Assembly: GCF_000002075.1 (NCBI RefSeq)
Contig: NW_004797574.1
Coordinates: 633,329 to 697,328 of the forward strand
Reading direction: 5' to 3'
Length of the DNA stretch: 64,000 bases
DNA from: Aplysia californica
Taxonomy: Eukaryota
Both the position numbers and the translations under genes were made by a program. The notes beneath the pieces are model-generated. The model saw nothing but the letters and a program-made list of their open reading frames with translations. It made no database searches and was not told where the DNA came from. Of this stretch, positions 50,638 to 62,061 are shown piece by piece (the first letter of the stretch is position 1; each line of letters begins with the position of its first letter).

Positions 50638-51918
50638 GTAAATAAAACAAACCGAACAAGCACAGAGTAGATAGGATTTTTGAGACCTTATTTGTTTTGT
50701 TTTTTTGTCTGTGCATTATTTTTTGTTATGAATGTGTGTATGCCTGCCTTCTAGCAGTGCTCGGTGTTGTTATGGATATTATCGTCATCTCTTTCCTATC
50801 GTCTCTGTTTTCCTGGCCATACCTAAGTGTATAAGTGTATCTGTGTGCAGCTTGTCTGTGTTAGGATAGTCGGTAAAGTTGTTTGGTGTTTTCAGTTTGA
50901 TCTGTGTTTGGGAATCACTGTCTCTGAGGTATATGTATGGACCCTTTGTTGTCCCTCGCTGTTATGTTATCTTTTCTTGTTCTTTTTTTCAGTTCTCTCT
51001 GTTTGCTCATTTTTCGGGGGGGGTGTCTGGTTCTTTTTGGTTTTTACAATTTAAATGATTTGTTACTTTGTTTTTAGTTCATATTTTTATCCAATGTTGT
51101 TCAGTGTTCTCTTTTAGTGTCTTCATCATTTTTTATGTGTATGTTATTATCTCTAATTTTTTTTCTTTCTTTTTTTTGTTCGTTCGTTCTTTTCTCTGTC
51201 TTCGGCCTATTTCTTTAGGTCATATCCGGGTCTTCTTTTCATTTTTCTCCCCCCCGTCTCTCACTTATTTTATGGTTGCTCAGTGTCTGTTCCAAGATGG
51301 AGAACTAAACAGGGGAGTAATTGGAAACATTTGCTGGAGAAATCAATGTGAATATTTGACAGTTTTCCATGGCTGGTGAAGCCCTAGTATTCTCTGTGGT
51401 CCATGAGAATCAGAGAAGGAAAACAAGTGGGCGACAAATTCAGAAGTTTAATTTGTTTGAAAGGTGTTACATTTCTTTGGTTGGCTTAATCGTTCTGTGT
51501 CGTGGAAGGTATGTACAATGATTATTATTTTTTTAGCTTTTGAGCAGGGGGTTGAAATAGAGGAACGGTCTGACCAGCAAATACTGAGAGAACATAAATG
51601 TACTGCTGTGTACTTTATCGCGGGCAGTATTGCATAGAGTCGTAAGTCATTTTTAGCAACCTTTGAGATACCTCTGTATGCAACACTGCCCGCGGTATGT
51701 GGATCTCATTTTCTTTGATTTCTTTGTGTTTGAAAGTGCATCCTTGACTTCTTCTTCGTCTTTACTGTTTTTCATTTACATGTTCACTGTATGAGCGATG
51801 TGTGTTAGTCATCTTTTCATGTTTTTTTGGGTTTTTTTTCCTTTTCTTTTTCACTGTTCACTATATATATATTTTTGCGTTGTTTCCCCCCCCTCCCCGT
51901 ATCACTTTGGTGTTTCAG

Positions 51919-52025
51919 ATATCATTTAAAAGATGTGATAGTGGGTAAGATTTACTTCTTGTTGGTGCGCATCAAAATCAAGCACATGGAGCTGCAGGTG
52001 ATAAAGCGGGAGACTACTGGAACAG
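51919..52025 (+). CDS. VPS26: VPS26 alternative exon 6B (mutually exclusive, canonical form)
   Basis: YHLKDVIVGKIYFLLVRIKIKHMELQVIKRETTGT; 107 nt, TTTCAG acceptor, CAG|GTACAT donor. Confidence 0.93.
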
Positions 52026-52630
52026 GTACATTCTCTCTCACAGGTACACACTCACACACACATACACACGCACACCTGCTGAGGCCTACACACTGGCGGC
52101 ACGCACGTACAGGGCTTACTTCTTGTAGTGGGCTTGGCGTCTGGCCTTGGAAGGAGTTTCTCCCCCCCCCCTTCCCCATTTACCCCTNNNNNNNNNNNNN
52201 NNNNNNNNNNNNNNNNNNNNNNNNNNNNNNNNNNNNNNNNNNNNNNNNNNNNNNNNNNNNNNNNNNNNNNNNNNNNNNNNNNNNNNNNNNNNNNNNNNNN
52301 NNNNNNNNNNNNNNNNNNNNNNNNNNNNNNNNNNNNNNNNNNNNNNNNNNNNNNNNNNNGCCCCCTCCCTTCATCACTCCCCTCCCACTCCCTTTCTTCT
52401 CTCCCCCTCCCCTCCCCTAACCCTCCCATGTTGCTAACACTCCACCCCGTACACTGATGCAGGTAGTGGTTCCTTCAATGGAACTTTTTTAAAAACATTT
52501 TTTTATCTTCTCGTTTTGATTTTTTCCTCCCTTGCCTGTATAGTCTGTGGATGTTTTCTCATTTTTGCTTTGTTTGCCTTTTTCTGGTGCTCTGTGTGTC
52601 TTTGATATTGGCTGTGTGTGTCTTCTGCTA

Positions 52631-52802
52631 CAGTCGAACCTGCTCTAACGGCCACCAGTCCAAAACTGCAATCTCCTGTACAAACATCACTTCCCACTTT
52701 ACACCCTTTTCATTTTTTTTTCTATATTATAAGACGTTCACCTGTCTAAGATGGCTACTTTTCTCCTTAACAATGGGTGGCCATCTGGCACAATTTCGAC
52801 TG
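52631..52802. mobile_element. Short deleted family C-related MITE
   Basis: TA|CAGTCGAA...TTCGACTG|TA with GGCCACC sub-terminal motifs. Confidence 0.7.
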
Positions 52803-55800
52803 TATTTGTGCATTTTGCCCGTAAACTTTTTGTTGTTTAAAAATTTTTTTTTACTAACTCTGGAGGATCTCAAGTCTCCTGAAATTTTAGAATGGAATTA
52901 CTGCTGATAATTCAACGTCTGTGCCCTTCTGACGACCTGGAAAGTACTTTTGATGAGATTTAACTTTTGTTTCTTATCTGGGTGTAATTGATGCTGGAGA
53001 AGTGTATTATTTTTATTTTCCGTCGTTTATTAGCTCTTGTCGGAAGAAGTTAGAAAAGTGACAGAAACTGAGCATGGATATCGAGTTCACCATAAGGGAG
53101 TCAATTTTTAGTTTTCAGTTAAACATATATAAATAGTAAGAGTATCTTTTGTTGTGGCATATGAAAGATAAGGGACACTACTTTCTTGTTGATGACGTGG
53201 ATTTGTATCAATGTTGTTATGCTCTAACCAGGTAACTGATCTCTTGAAAATCGTTCAACTCGCCAAAAAGAAAATAACACTAACTGTTGGGATTGAAAGG
53301 ATGATAGAGGACAACAGTTCTTTTATGCTATTTATAGTGCATGCTGACTCCTCTTGAGGATCAGCTGATTGATAATAGCTTTAGAACAAAAGAACTATTG
53401 GCTTATTTCTTCCACTTTATGGTTAGAGCAAAATGACATAATGTCATGGGTAAGTCTGTTGCACTGTGGGTTGAAGACTCAACCTGGCCGGGAAATGAAT
53501 ATGAAGATAAGGACTCTAGTAGCAGTGACAAGTGTGAAGAGGTAGTTATTAAAGTTCAGCTTTGTGGAAATGTCTTCCTGAAATATAGCGGTCTTTGCAG
53601 GTGGTTGGAATGTGCTGCTGGTAGGATCTTTTTATTTTCTTCTCCTTTTTCTTTTTTGCTCCTCTACTCCTCCTCTGTAGTTTCTCTCTGTCGGTCTTAC
53701 TTTCCCCCCGTACTTATGACAATTGTTGTTCTGATGTGTTTCTCCTTACTCAAACAAACGAACCAATAAGTAGCAGTCTTTCTACCGATTGTCTTCCAGG
53801 ATATAGTAGAAAGGCTCGTTACGGTAAACAATTTTTTGTATTCACTGTTCCGTTATAGTTAATTTCTCTTGTCTGCTGGAACTGCTCTGCAACCTTTTGC
53901 AAATACTAGTGGCTACGAAGAACTTGCCTTTGCTGTGCACATCATAGTAACTGAAGACTGAGCATGTGATCTGTACACACAATAACATCTGCTCGTAATC
54001 AGAAGAGCATTTCTCTGTGTTGATTTGAACAACCTTCGTTAGTTTCCCCCAATTTCTGTTGCGCTGTGTTTTTTTGACTTTGTGCTTTTCTGTTTCTTTC
54101 TTTTGGTTTTGCTGTTATTTTTGTTTCCTTTTTAATTTTTGTGTGTGTGTATGTTCTGTGGAATATTTATCCGAGTTTTTCTCAGGTGATTCGAACTATG
54201 TAGAGTATTGAAGTTGTAATTTTTCTTATAAAATGAGCAAGTAAAATGAGATCTCTGCATTTTCTAGATGAATATCATCTTATCCGATCTATGATTTTAG
54301 TCGAGTGTGAGATATTTAATCCCTTTGCTCCTCTTCTACTCACAAACTGTACTTCTCCCGCATGAGGGTGTTTTGTCAGCTATTTTTGATATTGAAATAC
54401 ATGCACTAATTTAACGTCCTTTCTACGACAAAGAAGCATAAATCTGGGTTTGTTGACTAAGTTTTTCACTTAAATAGGTGTGATTTCGAGATGGGGAAGA
54501 CTAATTTTGATTGAGTGAAACTGTCGAATATCAGTAGTGGTGTACCCCTCAACTCTCAGCACGGGTTGGCCTTGACTTATGGGAGCAAGGAGCTTGCCTC
54601 TGAACTTGAATATTCTTAACTGGGTCAGTGGGACTGTTACAAACAATAGGGGGTTGAAGTTTCTGTCTTTTAAATTTAACTGATCATTGTTTTTTTTGGT
54701 GGTTTTTTTTTTGGGAGGGGGGGGGGGTAAAACAGTTTTAGAAATTATTTAGGTCTGTCGAAATTATCCGTTTTAGTAGAGCAGTGAAGTTCCTTGCTGT
54801 GGTTAAGTGTGTCAACCGTAAGGTGCCCTTGGTGGGAGTTAAGCTTGCCTTGTGGTATAGTTCCTGCTTGAGATTATCCATCTTGTGCTGGTTAGATTGT
54901 AAGAAGCTTTTGTGAACTGCTGGGCCAAGGCCAGGGGCAAAATTCGTGTCATGCGGACATGGTTAATTCACGTTCCCTGGCTCCTCTTTCCTACCTGTCA
55001 GGCCCTGTAATGTTGTATTAGGCTGTAGTGTCTCATTGCTTCTCTGTGGATGGTCGGAGGGTGCTACTGGTAGGTCCCACTTCTTTGTGAACCCCACTGC
55101 TGTTTCTATCTATCTTGCTTGTTCCCAGCACTAAATGATAGTTATTGCGTTGATGTGCTTTTCTTTGTTCAAACTCTTTATTTCTTTCCAACCCGTCTTC
55201 TGTACTGGGGGAAGGCTGCTAAGGTCTTTTATATTTCCTTTGACTGTAGTTATTCATTGTCATTTTGTAAAAGTTTAACGCCAATATCGACACTGCAGAG
55301 TGGATGACTCTGGTTTTCTTCCTCAACTGGGCATATTCTTTTACTTTATCGTCTGATATCTATAATATAACATCATATTTAAAATGTTTTGTTTTACTTG
55401 AGGTAACAATTTCTGCTACAATTTGTTTGGCTATTCTTACTTTACTCTTTTTTCTGTTAATTATTCGGTAGCAGAATGGATATATTCCTTTGATATATGT
55501 TTGGAACTTTATTTTTAAAGTGAAGAAACCAGAACGGGAATTTTGAAATTTTACTTTTATTTCAAATCTTATGAAAATGTACAGACAACAGCACAGAGTA
55601 TTTAAGAGATGAGTTTTCAAAGTTATGGTTCTTAATGATCGTTTATTTTGTTAAACTTCATCTTGACCTAAACCATAACTACTACTGACTGAAAGATATC
55701 CTTTCCATTCTGAGCAAAAAGCAAGAATTTTGAGAATCTGATTTCCAATTAAGTGTTAGTTTTTATGTTTCATCTAATCATGACACTTACGTTTTGGTTA

Positions 55801-57188
55801 TTGTGATTTCACTGAGATTTCGGACTATGCATGGAAAAATAATAAGACTGTTGTCCATCGTTTTTACTTTATCATGAAGGCACATACTTTTCAAAAGAGA
55901 TCAGTCTAACTTCCAAATTTTGAAGTTCTGTTATGTGCCACCAGTAAAAGTAACATGTTTGTTTTCTAATATCAAGCTAGAACATGGGTTTGGTATTTAT
56001 ATATTTGCTTGAGAACAAGTTATATGACTTGAAAGACAATGTGATGGAGAGAACATGTCATTTAGCAGACAGGAAAAACATCTATACGGAAGAATACTAC
56101 GTTATATAACTTGAATCATCTTGATTTAGGAGCTCTTTCATGAAAACAGAATGCTACTGCAAGGTTCTCTTCCTTGTGGAGCATTTGTGAGTCTCTCCCC
56201 CCTCCCCCCCATTGTTTATAAGATTTACAGTGAGTTTTCTTGGAAAATCTTTTCCATTCTCCCTGAGCAATTCTCCTTGTGGTACATCTTTTTTGGTTCT
56301 TTTCTTTGAAGGTCAGGTAGATTCCGTACTTTCAGGTAAACTTTTTTTTTCTGAGTTGACTTTTTTTCCCCCGAAAGTAACCATTTTTTTTTGGTCAGCT
56401 CACAGTGTTAAGGTTCATTTGAAGTGACTTTGGAGCATTTTCTAAACTTGATTCAATAAAAAGTTTGATTCGCTGCTTTTGTTAAACTCTCTTCCATGTC
56501 TTTTATAATATCTTATATTTATGTTTCGATAACTTTGCTAGAACCACTCTCTCACTTTTTCCTGCTATTTCCTTGATTTTTAAGTTCTAGTTCTCTTATT
56601 GCAGTTGTCTGCATTTTTCTTGCTCATTATTGACACGAATAAAATGGTGAATTGGATCAGAAGTGGGATATTTTTCATGTCTTGTAAGGGAGAGACACGG
56701 AATCTGAAGAACACATTATCATCACTTGATTTAAAAAAAAAAGATTCATTATACTATCAAGAAAGGTTTCACGACTAAATTGTGTCAAAACGACACAGTC
56801 AGTCGTAAGAAAGGGACACTACTCTTGATAAAAGTTAAAATACTATTAAGGAAAGAGATTTATTTCTGTTGTCCAGTGGACCAGTTCAACTTGCATATTT
56901 TCTTGAATGATATGTCAGTATGGCTTATCAACTTACGGAAACATATTCGTCTAAGAGGTACTGTTCACATACGTCAAATTTTCAGATATTGGTGTTACAG
57001 TATATGATTGGAATACCTGTGGTTATTTTGCTTGCATTAAACATATTTTGTGGAAACTATATCTTTTCAATAAGAGTCTTAATTGTCATTTTTAGTTGTC
57101 ATTTCTTCTTTTAAAACATTGAAATGCCTTGTCAGTTCCTATGGAAATGAAACCATCTGGTTGTTAAAACTGTCTTGTTTGGTTTCAG

Positions 57189-57257
57189 GTCCAAACACAT
57201 TTAACGAGAATGAGACAATAGCCAAATACGAGATAATGGACGGAGCTCCTGTCAGAG
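57189..57257 (+). CDS. VPS26: VPS26 exon 7
   Basis: (G)PNTFNENETIAKYEIMDGAPVR(G). Confidence 0.96.
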
Positions 57258-58266
57258 GTATGTGTTTTTTGTTATGTTCTGACCATGTTACTGGTTTCTT
57301 GACAATTTCCCAACAGACAAAAAAGACAAACCCTTTCTGATTACAATGATGAGAGTAGGCACTCGTTAACCCACAGTGCTTTTATACCATTTATAGAACA
57401 CGCTGATTCCAGACTTTCTTTGAGGACGTGCCGATTGATCTCAGCAGTGGTTTTAGAATAAAAAAAAAAAGAAAGTTGACCTATTTCTTCCACTTACGTG
57501 GACACAGCATAATACCATCAATATATTTTGTGGTGTGTACATCTCTTTATTTCATGCCGAAAGGGTTCAGGGTTCTCAAATAACGAATTCTTTGTAGTTT
57601 CCAAAAGATTTACGGGTGGTTGGAGGGCACCATTGGTAGGTCCTGCTTCTTTTCTTTCACTCTGTTGTTCCTATCCATTTTGCTTTTTTCTGCTCCTACT
57701 GGCCGTTAAAAAGGTCAATGTGCTTCTCTTTAGACAAAACAAAACAAAAGATTTAATTTTGATTTGAAGCAAATAATACAGCTTTGTGTTACAAGAGGTC
57801 TGTCTGTGTAATGCAGTGGGGTAGTGCCTATTATTGTGGGGAAAGGTTTTCATAATTTGCGAGTCGGAAATAATTCTGCAGTTGTTCTTTGCCCCTTTGC
57901 TTTCTGCTGGCACCGTCAGTGTTTATGTCATTCTCTTGTTCATTGTCAGGTTTCTAGTTAATAGTCTGGTAGAAATGCTGGTTTACTAGTGTTGTATCCT
58001 CTACATGGCAGGGTATAGTCTTGTGCGCAGAAAATTCAATTTTTGAAAAAAAAATTTTCTGCTCAAGTAAAAATGAGGATTCAGGTACCGGGAAGCAACA
58101 TTAAAACATTTTTTTTTCAAAACAAAAAATTATTTAGGCAATCGTCTTATGACAATTATTTATGCTTATTTCAATACATTGCCTGACAAAATATAGCCAT
58201 TGTCATGCTTACTTGTCCGGTTAACTGCAACCTGACAACGATGTTGTTGTCTTGTTTCCCGTTCAG

Positions 58267-58409
58267 GCGAGTCCATTCCCATCCGTCTGTTCCTGAGCGG
58301 CTACGAGCTGACCCCCACCATGAGAGACATCAACAAAAAATTCTCTGTGAGATATTACCTCAACTTGGTGCTGGTGGACGAGGAGGAGAGGAGATACTTT
58401 AAACAACAG
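58267..58409 (+). CDS. VPS26: VPS26 exon 8
   Basis: ESIPIRLFLSGYELTPTMRDINKKFSVRYYLNLVLVDEEERRYFKQQ. Confidence 0.96.
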
Positions 58410-59194
58410 GTAATACTGGTTAAAACAAAAGGCAATACAGTCTAATATGCACATAGTGAAATTGGAGGGACGCAGAAATCTTTTCATCATGTACAAAATT
58501 TTTCTTTATATACATGTTCAAATGCTATATAACTTGAATCATCTTGATTTAGGAGCTCTTTCATGAAAACAGAATGCTACTGCAAGGTTCTTTTCCTTGT
58601 GGAGCATTTGTGAGATACATGTTTAAGAAAATGCTTTGGACCTGACAATCCTTTTGCTGTGTGCCTGTTCGTTATGTGCGTGCTAGATTAGCAAAATGAA
58701 CAAAACAAAAGGTAATGCATTATATCAAACGACAGGTAGTGACCCATGTATGGCATTGTGGTCTCTATTAAATATCTGGAGTGGTATAGATGTGAGGATG
58801 CAAGTTGATGTGCCGACAACTAATGTCAGATAAAAGTTGATGGCCTAGTATGTCAAATGTTAGATTTTGTCGGGATGGGTGATGCCCCCATTGTCTATGT
58901 CAAGTGTGGGTGGTTGGCGGGTGCTCCGGTGTGGTTTGCTTCGTCTTTCCTATCAAACACCTATCGTCCTTATCTCCCCTCCTTTTTTGTGTATGGTATG
59001 TTACTCTCTTGTAACACATAATCTATTCTTTGGCACTTATATGACCTTATTGTGTTGTAAGTGCCTTAAAACTCTTACTAAAAATTTAAAAAAACTAAAC
59101 TATGTCAAATGATTGGTAATTTTAAGATAGGGAATGGTCTTTGTTCCCTGTAAAATATGTTGTATGGATAAATTGGTCAACCCATTGTGGTTTT

Positions 59195-61425
59195 CACAGC
59201 GGATAAAGTACCGTCCAGACCGCTCACTTAGTTTTCCTTCCCCGGTTCCTCCCCGACCATCCTCACCACCCTGCCCGCCCCGCCCGACAGCCCAGCGCGT
59301 AGTCATAAATCACTTGTCAGAGGGGTTAATTGGGGTGACCGCAGCACCACTTCTCCTGTGCCGGGGCAGTAGTGAATATGGCGTTTTAGTGCGAATTGAA
59401 AGCCTCCTAACTCTGAAACTATAAATGCTACAAGGCCGATTGAGATTTCATTGTAACGTGCTATGTTTGACCTGTAAGCCGGTATAACTTGTTTTCTTGT
59501 AAGTCCGAGTATATCAGTTTTACAAGGGATTTAAGTAAGTCTGTGATTTTCAAACTGGCATCTTCAATGTTTAGAACTTTTTCAGTTTGGATTTAAATAT
59601 TTCAATCCGGCCCCCAACGATTTAAACTGAAATTCATGTATCAACTGTGGTGACAATTTTCATTTACATGTGCAAGTTTCAAATGCACGACGTTATTCAA
59701 TGATTTTCTGTGATTTAAAAAAAAATACCAACCCACCACTCTGAACATTCATCCTTGCTGTTTTTAGTTTTCTTGCCTCTACTACATCTGATTTTCGTTG
59801 TAATTTTTAACAATATTTTTGTCATGGAGTGCCACACTCAACGTGATCATATGGTGGGCATTGTGCTCAAACATCATCGCCTTCTTGAGGAGGCCGCACA
59901 TGATATAGATGTACAGCTGGTCCATCAATCTATGGAGAATTGCACGCCTGTATTGGACAAAATGTGCATATCTACGGCAAAAAATGAAAGAGGGCTGGAA
60001 AAAAACGAGGAGGACATTCAATTGTTACAGGGCTGTCAGATTTTGTCGGATAATCCACGACAAGCAGAGAGATTTGAGAGGAAGGGTTCTAGTGTACATG
60101 ATCAGCTGTCAGAGTTAGAGTTTGAGGAGCTTATTCCAAGGTCAAGTCCTGCCTGCTCTGAATTTGATAACATCCTCAAACAAAACAACATCACACCACA
60201 GGCCTACCACAGCCGTTCATTTATAGGAAACCACTGCCATAAATACATCACAGCCGTGTACAGACAGCTAGCATAATTTTTAGCAAAAGGAACGGTTGCA
60301 TGTACACGAAATCAAAGCATAATAGACACCGCATTAATTTTTCTGAGAGAGAAATTTGTTCACGTAAAAGACACCTTCAAAGATATCCACACAGTAATTG
60401 CACATGGAAAGCCAATCACTTTAGAGAGAATACCACATATTCAGTCATGCATCACACGATATATGTCTTTATACAGAAACATATTTGGCAAATAAAAGGT
60501 CTTGAGTCGATAGTGCCGTAAAACACGTGCTACTCAATCAAAATAGATCAAAAGAAAAGGTCATCCCCAAACAACGCATCCTTGAGAAACACTGCGTTCC
60601 TTGGATACAAAAATGTGGGTTTGGAATGGCCTTCCATTGTGAGCAAGGGGGTGAGCTCATTCATGCAACCGTGGCCTAAAAGACAAAGAAAAACACGTCA
60701 AAACAATCATGCAGTCACAACACGTCCAAACCCGCCCTAAGCTACTCTGTCATGTGCACCACCCATCAAAAGGCGAAAGCTTACAGCGGAAAAATGAGAT
60801 AATTCCTCCAGTCCAGCAATATTGTGTTCTTTTTGTATTTTGTGTTTAGGTTGTGTTTTCATAAGTGTATCGGCAAGAAAGATCTGTCCTGTAGTTACAT
60901 GTATCGTGGATATCGCTATAAAAACAAGGTCGCAAAGCAAGAGTATTGCAAAAATCAGCTTCAAACCTGAATAATTACGGATCCAGAAACTTCGTGCATA
61001 TGCCCCTTTGTCAGTACAAATTTCATCATGTTCTCAGTCCTGTGTCCAAATTTGATTGAATTCGTTGGGGGCAATCATATTTAAATCGATGTTTATAATT
61101 GATTACCCATGACACATTTATCAAATTAAGTCCACTTTTTGAGAACTTCACAGCTTTTAAGTGTAATGTACCATGTTCTTCCGATTTCTTCATTTTCTTC
61201 CTTAATATGTTGAATATTTACGTGGTCTTTATTAAAATATTCATCTTACATTAGCTTTGGCTCACTGTGCTGGTAAACTTTGCAAAAAATACAAGAGCGC
61301 TGCCGGTGTTCGGCTGATTAGGGAAATCCCCGGCGGCGCAGGTAAATGACCCCGTGACCTGGGGAAGTGCGGGCTTGCTTGCCTCGCGCCAGCCGATACT
61401 AAATGGGCGCTCTATAACCGCTGTG
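59195..61425 (+). mobile_element. Decayed Chapaev-like DNA transposon with transposase remnant
   Basis: CACAGCGG...CCGCTGTG termini, 4-bp TTTT flanks; remnants AYHSRSFIGNHCHK (~60200-60243) and PKQRILEKHC...EQGGELIH (60557-60679). Confidence 0.7.
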
Positions 61426-61860
61426 TTTTGTTTCCAAGCAGGTGATTGGAGGTAGCCACTGATAGGTCTTTCTTTTTTCTGTTTTGTTATGTCCCTTTTA
61501 CTCCCCCCCCATGCAATAAATCATAAATGACTATTATTAGTGGATTGTTGGCGGTTTCTGTGGTGTGGTTCGCTCTTGTTTCTCCTCTCAAACACCTATA
61601 ATCCTTATATCTCTTTCTTTTTTACTTTGTATGTTACAGTCTAGTAGCGTGGGCGGTTCTTCGGCACTTATATGACCTTATTGTGTTGCAAGTGCCGTAA
61701 AACTCTTACTAAAACTAAAACAGTCTAATAGCACCTCTAATCTTCAGCTTTTTTATGACCTCTTTGTGTTGCAAGTGCTGTAGAACTCTTACTAAAACTT
61801 AAGCTGACTGTTATTGTGCCAGTGTTCATCTCTTCACTCAAACTCAAAACTTGTTCCCAG

Positions 61861-62061
61861 GAGATCACCATCTTCCGGAGAGCGGACAAAGTGAGGAAGA
61901 ACTACCAGGCGGCGTTGTCACATCACAACCCTTCCTTACTGTCCGACGGGAGCAGTGCCCGAGCAGCGCAGCAGCAGCAGCAGCAACAGCAGGAACGACA
62001 ACAGAACGAAGAGGCCGAGGAGGACGAAAAGGAGGATGAAAATGACGAAGAGGAGAAATGA
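61861..62061 (+). CDS. VPS26: VPS26 exon 9 (last coding exon, poly-Q and acidic tail)
   Basis: EITIFRRADK...QQQQQQQQERQQNEEAEEDEKEDENDEEEK*; CCCAG acceptor in phase 0. Confidence 0.93.
   Translation, partial: EITIFRRADKVRKNYQAALSHHNPSLLSDGSSARAAQQQQQQQQERQQNEEAEEDEKEDENDEEEK

Noticed and set aside
55696-55704. ATATCCTTT, a perfect U12-type 5' splice-site motif in a VPS26 intron
   Set aside because: No matching exon, U12 branch site or AC acceptor found; all reconstructed introns are ordinary GT-AG
59195-61425. ProtoRAG-type RAG1/RAG2 transposon
   Set aside because: No nonamer, no RAG2-like ORF, and the flanking duplication is 4 bp rather than 5 bp
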